A stretch of 60,291 bases of DNA, counting the filler, from Sphacelaria rigidula (taxonomy: Eukaryota), in the NCBI GenBank assembly GCA_964200075.2. It is 9 parts of 9 records of this genome, joined end to end, with 100 filler letters (N's around TTAATTAATTAA, not from the genome) between each part and the next. Parts side by side here need not be neighbours in the genome. Positions count along the whole stretch, not along the records: positions 46,974 to 53,582 come from CAXNAA020019081.1; positions 53,683 to 60,291 come from CAXNAA020019082.1; 7 more parts are not named here. The stretch is one strand, 5' to 3'. Of this stretch, positions 50,184-60,291 are shown one piece after another. The position numbers and the translations under genes are program-made. Position 1 is the first letter of the stretch. The number at the start of each line of letters is the position of its first letter. A model generated the notes under the pieces. The model worked only from the letters and a program-made list of their open reading frames with translations, ran no database searches and was not told the origin of the DNA.

Positions 50184-50270
50184 TTGAGCTCGCCGACATC
50201 GTCTTGGCAGGCAGCCATGAGCGGCTTGACCAGCGTCTCCATGTAAGCCTTTTGTTTCTCCTGCGCCAAC
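50184..50270 (-). CDS. Probable isolated internal exon of an unidentified protein
   Basis: cag|G-LAQEKQKAYMETLVKPLMAACQDDVGEL-AA|gtaggt; 87 nt, symmetric phase, GC3-rich codons. Confidence 0.5.
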
Positions 50271-50451
50271 CTGCTCATCACGGTTATACATGCGCGGTGT
50301 ACATGATCAATCTTGTGATCACGACCGTATTCCTAGGGTATTAGGGTATTAGGGCATTAGGGAATCTGCGTAGATCAGTCGAGACCAAGCAATGAATCAA
50401 CCATCAAGGTACCGTCGGTGGTTTCGACACACACAAGTTCGATATGATATA

Positions 50452-50813
50452 TGTGTTGTGTGTTGTGTGCTGTGTGTTGCCGTCCCATCTACTCTGGATG
50501 CCGGTCTACACATTTCGGTATATGTGGGCGCACCAGCCGGGGTCACACAGGAGGACGGCCGACACAGGAGTTTTTCTTTTTTCTAGTACCCTAACTTCCT
50601 TTTGCGGTGTTTGCCTTTAATTTTTGGGCGCGAGAGGAGTTCAGTAGTCCCTTTCCCTCGTCGACCGGTACGTCGATTTTTGTGAACCCACGACAACGTC
50701 GCTCTCCACTGTTGGGCATGGTGTGAGAAAAAATCCCAGATCGCTCCAAGATTTGAACCCAAGACCCAACCGTCAGAAGGTTTCGAGGTCACCAACTGAG
50801 CCACCGAGGCGAC
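50452..50813 (-). mobile_element. Full-length tRNA-derived SINE family 1 (about 360 bp) with a (CA)-rich tail
   Basis: Head GTCGCCTCGGTGGCTCAGTTGG (A box) ... GGTTCAAATC (B box); body shared by at least 8 loci in this window. Confidence 0.85.
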
Positions 50814-50919
50814 AGGCATACATGTATATATGGATGACTCCTTCCCTTTCCCTTCCTGCGTGTTTTTGCTCTTGTTTTAGTTTTGGCTGAGGCTTCCGAG
50901 TGTATTCTTTTTGTTTGTT

Positions 50920-50954
<35 letters not shown>

Positions 50955-50984
50955 CCCACCTTCCCTCCCGGTGGTCAATTACTT

Positions 50985-51070
50985 CGTCTCGAAAGGGATG
51001 CGTGGTGAATGGTCGAACAACTAAGGCAGGCAACAAATGAGTACGCCCCCCACCCCGCCCCTCTCCCCGA
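50985..51070 (+). mobile_element. Extreme 3' end of the LINE family with a C-rich tail
   Basis: ctcgaaagggatgcgtggtgaatggtcgaacaactaaggcaggcaacaaatgagtacgccccccaccccgccc. Confidence 0.8.
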
Positions 51071-51764
51071 CTTTCCCTTTTCTTTAGCGAGCATCTCCGC
51101 TTCGTTTACCTCAGGTACGTCTTGTCTATCTTGTGGGTAATGACGAATAATGACCACGATTCAATTCTTCTGGGATCTGTTCATGTGCGACAGCCAGTCA
51201 ACCGATCCATCGAAATCGATCAATATGGAGAGGATTGATCCTACGATCGGCAATCAGAATCAATCGATCAACATGAGAGGAACGACCCTACCATCAGGGG
51301 TGAACTCATGATATCATCTGACCCTACCATTCGGGAGGGGGGGGGGGTGGATCCGCTATAACACTTGCACTTAAAAGTCGCTCTAAAATGTCACTACTAC
51401 AGAAGCAACACATTTCATTCGAATAAACCCTTGGTATCAATCAACACATCCAAGGGGAGGTCGAGTGAGGTATACTCAATTGAGGGGTATTGTGAAAAGT
51501 CGTTCTTCAAGTACACATATTGGGGGCAGGGTGTTAGGGATCGTTTCCCAGTTATTTTTGGGGTACGACTTCCAACACACTACAGTACCCCCAATTTGCG
51601 AACTTCCAGAACGACTTCCAAAATACCCCGCAATCGAGTATACTCTACTCGACCTGCCCTTGAACGCATCGCATCGCATCGCATCACAACAAGAACAAAA
51701 AACACGCGCATTCACACCGATCGCCCAACAACATCCCAAGGCCGAAGTTCATGAGAGCATGGCG

Positions 51765-51981
51765 GCGCGCGCACTCAGCCAAGTTGACGGGGGGTTTCAG
51801 TGGGTGCGCCCCCCCCCATTGCCTTGAGCGATGGTTGCGAACGCTCGAGGCGCCTCTCCTTACATGACTGCCACGAGGCAGTGTAACCGAGCCTTCGGGT
51901 ACTCAGCACACGAAGCCGCTCGCGGGGTGAAGTATTGGGTTAGGTTTCCTCCTTCCGTCAAGGGGAAAAAAAAAAAAAAAA
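51765..51981 (+). mobile_element. SINE-like family 4 copy with poly-A tail
   Basis: Similar to 14213-14385; ends ccgtcaagggg(A)n. Confidence 0.6.
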
Positions 51982-52445
51982 CGCCCAACAAACATTTCTA
52001 GCCCATATGCCTTCTTAGAACAAGGGTATGTGTTTTTGTTGTGCAATGCATCCATGAGTCAGTCCTCTTGTTTTCGTACATGGACTCCAAAAAAAAAGGC
52101 GAGCGTCTGATGCCGACACTTGTGATATTTTGACCCCTTCATTATTCCGTACCTTTTGTACTCGCATGACCTCTTTTGTTCGTGAGCCTCTTTACATGCG
52201 TTTTTTTCTTCCAAGAGAGTAAGGATTAGGACTAGGGCTATGGATACCGTTAGCACTGTAGGGTCAGCGTTGTAGGGTTAGCTATATCGTTAGCGGTAAG
52301 GGTAAGGCTAAAGTTTAGGTTCCGAGTCGGGTTCGGCAACTGCGCAGCCGCCGCACCCTAGTGGTCTGTCTAATGGTCTGATGGTACAACTGACACCATC
52401 AGGGCGGGAAAAAAGCGGCTTCGGTTCCCACCAGGTGCGCCTACA

Positions 52446-52446
<1 letters not shown>

Positions 52447-52498
<52 letters not shown>

Positions 52499-52650
52499 GT
52501 CGTCCCATCTATTCTGGACACCAGTCTACACCTTTCGGTATTTGTGGGCGCATCAGCCGGGGTCACACAGGAGGAGGTGGGCCAACACAGGAGTTTTTAT
52601 TTTTCATATCTTCCTTTGTTTTAGTACTCCACCTTCCTTCTGAGGTGCAA
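52447..52650 (-). mobile_element. SINE family 1 3' part with an expanded (CA)n tail (52447-52496)
   Basis: (TG)n is directly followed by ttgtcgtcccatctattctggacaccag... Confidence 0.85.
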
Positions 52651-53454
52651 TAGTTTGGTTTTTTTTTGCCCTCAAAAGTATCTATTCTTGGCCGTTTGAA
52701 GGCGTGACGACGTGAGTAGCAAGAAATACGTATTTCTCTGTTTGGCTTAGCTTGGTTTTTGACAAAAGTCGACGCGGTGCGGGAGTAGTGCCGGTCCGAT
52801 CCACGGTGATACCCCGAAATATAGGGCGTGTACAGTAGTACCTACCGGCAGGGAGAGATAGATGGGTTGATGCCTCGAGACTACAGACTCGTGAAAAAAA
52901 AAATCAACCATGGACTAGTTATTCATTTTGACGGAAGAAACTTTTCTATCGCAAATCTGCCTCACTGATTTTGTGCGTCTTGATTTTTTGTCCTACTTTT
53001 TTTCGTTTTATTCTCTTTTTGGGGCATATTAAGTGTATGCACTCAATTTGTTTTTGTTTTTGGCGCAAGACCTTTTTTCATCTGACCGCAGCCATGTTGT
53101 TGCAGAGAGAGGCCGGCTGTTTCTATTCATCTTTCGTTTGTTTGTTTGCTTGTTTGTTTTGTTTGTTTTCCCGTCTCCAGTGGTTTTGTTTCTGTCTTTC
53201 GTTTTTTTTTCCAAGTATATTCTGTTTGTATATGTTTCGTTGTTATGTTCTTCATTTTCTTCTACTCGCAGCGAGCGTTCCCGTTATTGCTTGTTTGTTG
53301 TGACCACGACTGTGTGACAATCGACCAACCGACCAAAGACTGTGCTTCTCAACCATGAATTACTGTGATGACGAAACTTCCGCCAATCCAACACTCATTC
53401 GACTTGTCCGTGAGAGCATCTTCACAAACTCTACTTGCCCATCCCGATCCCCCC

Positions 53455-53582
53455 CCGGGGTAAGAGGAAAGATGTGGAGAATGGTGAAGAAGATGACAGA
53501 ATGTGCCAAAAGTGCCATGATGTTGGACGTGGATTTATCGCAATACTTCGATATCTTACAAGTGGTTGCACAAGGATGTACG
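53455..53582 (+). mobile_element. LINE RT fragment at the contig end
   Basis: GVRGKMWRMVKKMTECAKSAMMLD...YFDILQVVAQGCT, homologous to 8620-8740. Confidence 0.85.
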
Positions 53583-53759
53583 NNNNNNNNNNNNNNNNNN
53601 NNNNNNNNNNNNNNNNNNNNNNNNNNTTAATTAATTAANNNNNNNNNNNNNNNNNNNNNNNNNNNNNNNNNNNNNNNNNNNNGACCTCTGGAAACCCCCG
53701 GATGTCTCAGGACTGTCAGCCTGTACAACTGTTCCGAGGCGACGCTCGTCGTCTAAGAG

Positions 53760-53905
53760 TTGAGTCGAATTTTGTGTACCCCCGACATTGTCGCTCTCCA
53801 CTGTTGGGCGTGGTGTGAGAAAAAATCCCAGATCACTCCGAGATTCGAACCCGCGACCCAACCGTCAGAAAGTTTCGAGGTTACCAACTGAGCCACCGGG
53901 GCGAT
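53760..53905 (-). mobile_element. SINE family 1 5' part with tRNA-like head
   Basis: Minus strand: ATCGCCCCGGTGGCTCAGTTGGTAACC...GGGTTCGAATCTCGG. Confidence 0.8.
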
Positions 53906-55180
53906 CGGGGCGTGCGGGATGAACAGCTTGCACAACGGAAACGGGGCTCTCTGCAGCAGTCACGTCCTGGTGCGGAGTAAAATTCAAACTTTTCAAACTT
54001 TTTTCAACTCGTTTCATCTGCGACATGGATGGATTTCAGTGAATCCTTTTGCAATGGAATTGCTGCGTTGTGTAGATGGTCAAACCGTCCCCCGTGTCTC
54101 TACCGGTGATGTTACACGGGCGCAGTGCTCTCCCATAACACCGGAGGTCAGGTTTCACGGGGGGGGGTGGAAGGGGATTGCCCTAGGCGGCACGGAATCT
54201 GCCATAACTCCTTGCATAGAACACACTGTTTGTTGTCATTGCAATCTGCGAGATTAACTGTCAATCTATTTATCAACATACCTCGATCGTCCACGCGTGT
54301 GCTTCCTCCGCCTGGGCGATGCTGTCTGGGCCGCTGCTGCGTGCACATCATATGCGGACCGTCCTTGCGAAATCAGGATCGGGATCCTTGCCATCATCCA
54401 TCGTTTCTGGCGGAGGCGTTCCAAAGGCTATAAAAAAAAATCCCTGGCTGAACACTGCGCACCGGGCACACAGAATCCAGAACTCACATCATGTCTGACC
54501 GCCATGGGCTATCCTCTATCAAATCTTCACAATATATTTGTCAAAAATATAATGTGATGGCGCTGCTCGCACGAGTGAGGGAGTGTTACACACCTTTTGG
54601 AAGGATACCACCATCAGCTTACATTATGTCCTGTCTCCCACAAACGGGAACTGTCAACTTATTATTATTAATATTTCTGCACATTAGTCCGGTCTCTCGA
54701 GCCCGTGGTCACAGACGTAATTCAACTACTATGAAATACTCTATGGAATATACCTCCCTCGGGCAAACTCGGCATGATGCGATGTCCCGTAAATTGAATC
54801 CTGATTTTCCTCCGTTGCAAATTGACACCTGGTGAAAGTCACAGTACTTACAACACGGGTGCGTTGGCAAGGCTGACTGCGACTGGTCTGGATATCATCG
54901 CCGCGAGAACGTGTAGGGTACAACAATCTTACGACTAACGCAAATAGTGCTGCAAGAGCAAGAGGGAGGGGCTACCCAGGGCAGGGTAACGCCTTCTACC
55001 CGTCGGCCGCCCAGAAGGCAACCGCCAATTTATTGTCAGTTGTGCGTGGTACAAGCTGGCGACGGTTTTTCTGACCATAGTACGGACAGGACCGTGAGTC
55101 CCTTTTAGTGTACGCTCGATACACGGGAGACAGGGTTTAAGCCTGGGGACAACAGTTGTGCACTGACTTTGTGGCGGAGA

Positions 55181-55667
55181 ATGGGTCACGTCGTGGCCGT
55201 GGCTGATGCCGACGTGGAGGCTTCTCGACGAAAAGCAGAACAGCATTGGCTTTGTACTTATTTTCGGCCCGAGCAAAGAAACACAGCTCAGGCGACCAAC
55301 CCAGCAGGACCAGCATTGCCACGCGAAATATCGCCGTCCTCATCTTCTCATGAGGACTCTTTGCTAGGACCGGAAGTAAGTGCGAAGTGGTGTGGCAGCA
55401 CGTCAATAGTGAGGGCCAAACGAGCCGCCCCGCCTCGGGAAGAACCCGGTCCGAGGAGGTTCGCAGACAACGGGTTGACGCTGTCTGCAAGGTTAACGGA
55501 TGCTGTGGAGCGTGATTCGGAGCAGGGCAAATGTAGGGCGAAGGCGATCACCGTCGTGTTGATACTCGGGCTGCTGGCAGCAACCATAACGGATCTGGCG
55601 TGTCACGACAACGTGCGGAATTTCCTCCGCGACACTTTCGAGTGGATCGAGGAGAATCCAGAGAGCG
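55181..55667 (+). CDS. Probable first exon of a membrane protein, possibly TVP38/TMEM64 (SNARE-associated, VTT-domain) family
   Basis: Open frame from ATG 55181 with a hydrophobic helix AITVVLILGLLAATITDL, then FLRDTFEWIEENPES and donor gtgaga at 55668. The family call rests on this short pattern only. Confidence 0.5.
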
Positions 55668-55841
55668 GTGAGATGCGCAGTAGGGAAGGGATTGAGAGGA
55701 TGGCAGTATGGGATGGAGACGCCACCCTTGAGTAAATATATAGGCTTCCTTTCGTTGTGAGTTGGCGCTGTGTACAGTCAGTACCCAGATACTTCAGACG
55801 GTCAGTAGTGCATTGCGATAGTGGTGCCCTCTCTGCAAGCA

Positions 55842-56065
55842 ATACGGTACTACGGTACTGTATGCATCTGCTCACACATTTTGTCGAGTTTCTCATGTTC
55901 TATCCATGACAATGCATCAGTGCATACGGTACTACGGTACTGTATGCATCTGCTCACACATTTTGTCGAGTTTCTCATGTTCTATCCATGACAATGCATC
56001 AGTGCATGTGCTCACACATTTTGTCCAGTTTCTCGTGTCCCAGGCATATGTCAATGCATCGGTGA
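55842..56065. repeat. 82-bp tandem duplication (about 2.6 units)
   Basis: atacggtactacggtactgtatgcatctgctcacacatttt... at 55842 and 55924, with a partial third unit at about 56009. Confidence 0.9.
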
Positions 56066-56109
56066 AGTCACATTATCTGTTTTTTCCCTCAAAACAACAC
56101 TAGTAATCT

Positions 56110-56440
56110 GTTTGTGTTCCTCATCCCATCTATTCTGCACGCCAGTTTACACTTTCGGTATGTGTGGGCGCACTAGCCGGGGTCACACATGAGGACGGCC
56201 AACACAAAACTTTTTCTTGTTTTTTTCCAACAGTGAGCAGCAGCTTTGTCGTGCATACATGAAGTCCGATTTCACGGTCGACGGGGGAAAGGGACAGCTG
56301 AACTCCTCTCGCAATGAGATAGAAGGCAAGTACTGCAGAAGAAAAGTGCAGTGATGAAAGAAAGAACGAACTCCTGTTTTTGCCTTATTCTTGGGTGACT
56401 CCAGCTGATGCGCGCACAGATACAAAAGATCTGACCTGTA
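56110..56440. mobile_element. Two SINE family 1 fragments, head-to-head (minus 56110-56220, plus 56225-56440)
   Basis: The first matches the family in the usual orientation. The second reads ccaacagtg...gtcgacgggggaaagggac...tgaactcctctcgc on the plus strand. Confidence 0.65.
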
Positions 56441-56679
56441 GGGTGGCATCCGGAATAGGCATTAGCTCCGTAAGCCCGTTTTTTCTAAGAACTAAGCTCA
56501 TTTTATTTCATTTTATAAGCTGTCCCCCCTGGTTTTATGCCCCACTTGAGGCTTTTTTCAGCGAAAATATGCGTACCTTATGCGCCCCCTTCGCGGCCTC
56601 GTTGTGGCAGCATCCCCTCACTATGCGGGCCTTCTAGCATAACGAGAAGACGACAATTTGGGTATCCAAGGTTTTTTAA

Positions 56680-56777
56680 TCCTTAGACCGCGAGATTAGT
56701 CTTCCTGGGTCATGCATACTTTTTTTCACTTAAAGTTAATGCCGATTCAACAGAAGACTAACCTCGCGGTCTAAGGG
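56680..56777. mobile_element. piggyBac-like MITE (98 bp) flanked by TTAA
   Basis: TTAA|tccttagaccgcgagattagtcttc ... gaagactaacctcgcggtctaaggg|TTAA; 25-bp TIRs with 2 mismatches. Confidence 0.8.
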
Positions 56778-57029
56778 TTAAAACGTTCTTGATTAAAAAA
56801 TAGGACTCTTCTCCAATCATTGAGTTTGAATGCCACCCCAAACCACCTATCGAAACAGCGCGTACGCACTACGTACACTCATCATAAATGATGCAGCAGT
56901 GGGTCATTGCAGCCTCTGGACACAGGGCATTGCAGCACTTGGCCTCTCGCCCGGCAAGCTTCAAGCTACAAGCTATCGCCCCCGTCCCTCCCATCATCCA
57001 CCATCAGTCGACATTTGAAATCGTGTCAA

Positions 57030-57370
57030 ACTTTCGACTCCGATTGTACTTGAGCATGACCGCGGCTTCGATCCGGTCACCTCACGCCCTCTCCTGGCGG
57101 GAAATCAAACACCGTCTCAAAACGAAAAAAAACTCGCTCCGTAAACGCAAACGCGGACGATGGCTGAACAAGTACGATATCTACCGCCACGAGATACCAA
57201 GTGGGAAGCCTTGTTTTGTTATCATCCCAAAACGAGAGCAAACCGTAATTTGCGAGCGCGCCCGAGGCTGCGACCAAAAAGTCATCCTTCTCGGACAAAA
57301 GGCCCGCCATGACCTCGGGGGTCATGAAGGGGAAAACAGGAAGCTGGCGCACCTCTTCCCCGATGTAGCC
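57030..57370 (-). pseudogene. Decayed hAT-like transposase C-terminal (dimerisation) region
   Basis: LSFWDDNKTRLPTWYLVAVDIVLVQPSSAF..ERVF, then after a frameshift ...DRIEAAVMLKYN. Confidence 0.65.
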
Positions 57371-58929
57371 TGTACGCTGCTTAATATACACGGAGGTTGT
57401 ACGCTGCACAATGTACAATGGGCCCCATGGCACAACTATTGTACAAACATTGATAACATTTTTCAATTCAACATGGTATCAAACATATAAAACACAAACG
57501 GAAACGTTTTTCGGATCAGACCCGAAACCATGGCAGTTTGGAGTATTGATCATTGAAGCCTGTCTAGTGACGAGTAACGAGTCACGAGTCACGCCATAGG
57601 CCGTAGCGAGCGCTTGAAAGCAGCTGATACACTGGCTGCAGGAGGCGCATGGAAAAATATCGCAATTTTATGCGCGTTTCGAGCACATTTAAAGCTTTTC
57701 AAACTTTTGAAGCTCTCTTGAAACTTTTCGAAAAAAATGCTTATTTAAGCCCAAAACCCCCAAATTAAGCTAAAACTTGACCGCTTACGGAGCTAATGCC
57801 TAATCTGGAATGATGGATGGGATGACAACACCAAAAACACAGTCATACGTCATCACGGCTGTAGCGTGTTACGTAGCAGCTGAAACGTATATCACATGTA
57901 TCTCAAACTCGGTTGAGGGTATCCTGGTTCGTTTTGTTCTTTTTTTCAAATGAAAGGGAGGGCGATTCATCAGATGATATGACCCTTTCACCGCCAGGTC
58001 AGCTTCTCCTATGAATCGCAATCACTTTTACTCGAAAAGATACTGCACAACTCAGAGCCAGCGAATGAACCAGGATACCGGGAGCCGAGTTTGAAATACC
58101 TCCATCAGGATGGATACGAACATTCAACATTTTGAAATTCCAAGACAGTGTTATTCCTTTTCGATAACCCACTTCTTAAAAAAAAAAAAGATTAATTTAT
58201 TAATTATTGTTTGGGGATGGTTGGTTGGTTGGGCGGATGGATGGATGGATGGTTGCAATTTTTTAGGGTTAGATGGGTGATGGGCTGTGATGAATATAAT
58301 AATTAATTAATTAATTATCGTTTGGGGATGGGATGGTAGGTTGGTTCGTTGAATGGATGGTTGGTTGGTTGTATTTTATTATTTGGACAAAGGAAAGACA
58401 ATATGGAGGGATTAGGGTGAGAGATGTGTAACTTCCAGTAGATACTGTCATATTCCGAAGGTTTCATTTGCCTCAGACCAAGCCTGAAGATCATCACGGG
58501 AAGAGGGGCGGTGTGCGGACGTGAAGAAAGCTGCATCGCTTGCGAGTTATGTAACAGCATAGATTGCAAGCGATATCTACTGGGAAAACGTGCCGGATCG
58601 GTAGTGCACGACGAAGTTCGTGAAGGGCTATTTATGTACATGGGCCCCACCCCGTCTGCACTGGTCTGAACACAAGTGACACAGTACAGCACATCATATA
58701 CTGTGGTTAGAGACTGCGCACCTCCCGCATCAGTGACGCCTGTAGCTGCACAACGTGCTCGATGCACAGCAGCAAAGTGCAAGGTGATATGGCACACCGC
58801 AGAACGTAACATCCCTCGTATATCTCTGCCCTGCAGTGATTTCCACCTGTCTTCCGCAGTTCATCACAACATGTAGCCAACCGCTTCTGCTGCTGTTCAT
58901 GTGTACGGGTAATACTACCCGTCGCAGGT

Positions 58930-59700
58930 CCAGATTTTTGTAACCCGACCGTCTTGCAGCCGTACTCGACAACAGATTTCAGTACTGTGCGCAGTACACT
59001 TTTTTTTAAGCTGAACAGAAGTATCTCGTCCATCTTGGTACATTTTCACATATCAAGTTGGGCAGTGGGACCGTGGCGTTTGTCGTCAAAATATGGTCGA
59101 AGTGGAAGTGAGGAAATCACCGAAATATTCACGTGCAAAGCCGTTGCCGAAGATGATTCAAGTTGATAAGGCTAGAGGAATACCAGTGCAACGCCCATTC
59201 CGGCTGCCAGCCTGTTTGCATGGCCGGGTCGGTAGTGGTGAGACTGTCTGTACCGGGATGTCGCCTCCAGTACCAGGTACGCAGACAACGGCCCGTCGCG
59301 CAACCCACTGGTCGCGCGACAGGAGCTTAACCTTCAACTGTCGACCGTTTTGAAGCGGAAACGTTCACCTCCCAACCCTCATATATATAGCGGACCATGA
59401 ACTATGCTTGTTTGCTGGGTTTCGTCGAGCGTTTATCCCTAACTGGGCAAAAAATGATGCGAGGCCGGCGGGATCCATTGCACAGTCAGCGTGCTCAACT
59501 GTCGCTGTACCCACTATAATCGTCATCAGACAGCAGGGTGTTGGAAAACGTGATCGCGCACCCTATGATTATCCACCGTATGAATGCAGACCGGACCATC
59601 ACCGACTTCCCTTGCTGTAGCTGTGACATTGACACCTTCCTCTAATACCAATTTACACATCCTCCAAGTTTCTGCGTAACCTGACGCGGGGTGCGGATGC
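58930..59700 (-). pseudogene. Possible highly decayed Tc1/IS630-like transposase
   Basis: HTH-like WRMCKLVLEEGVNVTATAREVG..VCIHTV and C-terminal-like EILLFSLKKSV...VVEYGCKTV. Catalytic motifs were not recovered. Confidence 0.3.
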
Positions 59701-60002
59701 TCTTCACGCCTAAGCTGCCAAAACACCTCAATATTATCGAAAAGGAAAGACACTGAAGATGGGTGAAAAGAAAGGGTGTGGATGATCTGAATGGACTACC
59801 CTGGTTGTTTAAGGGTTAAAGATCCGGATTTAGTTTTGGACACTATTGTAGAGTCGATCAGGGCATACTTTACCCAGGCAAGTGGCGAGCTCCATTCGTG
59901 CTGTTTTTTTCCAGGCCCCCACTCGAAGGATACGGGATCGCTGGGCAAGGACACCCGTTGTGAAGAAGAGATCATTTTTGCAGTTGCTTTCGAATTTTGC
60001 AC

Positions 60003-60162
60003 ACCTTGGACAACATGGTCAATAGTCGCGTTAGAGGAGGAAAGTACTGCATAACGTATAGGCCTATTGCGACTATTGTCGGCCGGCAATAGTCGCAATA
60101 GGCCTATACTTTATGCAGTACACTTCTCGAGTATTGCGTCTATTGACCGTATACTGTCCAGG
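60003..60162. mobile_element. Foldback palindromic MITE-like element (second copy)
   Basis: ...gtataggcctattgcgactattg tcggccgg caatagtcgcaataggcctatac...; same family as 17211-17441, opposite orientation. Confidence 0.8.
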
Positions 60163-60291
60163 ACGTGAAATTTTGTCACATTATGCACTCCCGCCCCTCC
60201 CCCCCCCCCGTTGGGGAAAACCTCATGGATCACCCATTAAAAAATAGTGAGACCCCTCGCGTATCCGGCCCTTGGCCCCCCCCTCGATGGA

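Noticed and set aside
50740..50813. Functional tRNA gene (also 53830-53905)
   Set aside because: Stems are imperfect and the sequence continues into a multi-copy body; this is a SINE head.
1..60291. Functional cluster of RNA-binding, chaperone, BRCT and bystin genes
   Set aside because: The genes lie on different, artificially joined contigs.

Overview
This is eukaryotic, intron-rich, repeat-rich genomic DNA. Long introns, short GT-AG exons and the repeat landscape suggest a stramenopile, most likely a brown alga; that assignment is inference. The window is not contiguous. It is nine unrelated contigs of 6609-6612 bp joined by artificial N-TTAATTAATTAA-N linkers, so adjacency across linkers has no biological meaning. 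Partial spliced host genes assembled by hand: an hnRNP F/H/ESRP-type qRRM protein, Tim22, a J-domain protein, a BRCT protein resembling the microcephalin N-terminus, bystin/ENP1, a probable TVP38/TMEM64-type membrane protein, and one orphan exon. The rest is mobile DNA. It includes a decayed APE-RT LINE family with C-rich 3' tails (one copy has a twin-priming-like inversion), four SINE-like families (one shares the LINE 3' end), hAT-, piggyBac- and Tc1/mariner-type MITEs, a foldback element, and decayed DDE transposases. It also includes an unusually large gag-like ORF of about 1400 codons with a CCHC knuckle, interrupted by one in-frame TAA. The giant gag-like element and the LINE/SINE pair are the best candidates for something undescribed. 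I found no CRISPR, rRNA or intact tRNA genes.
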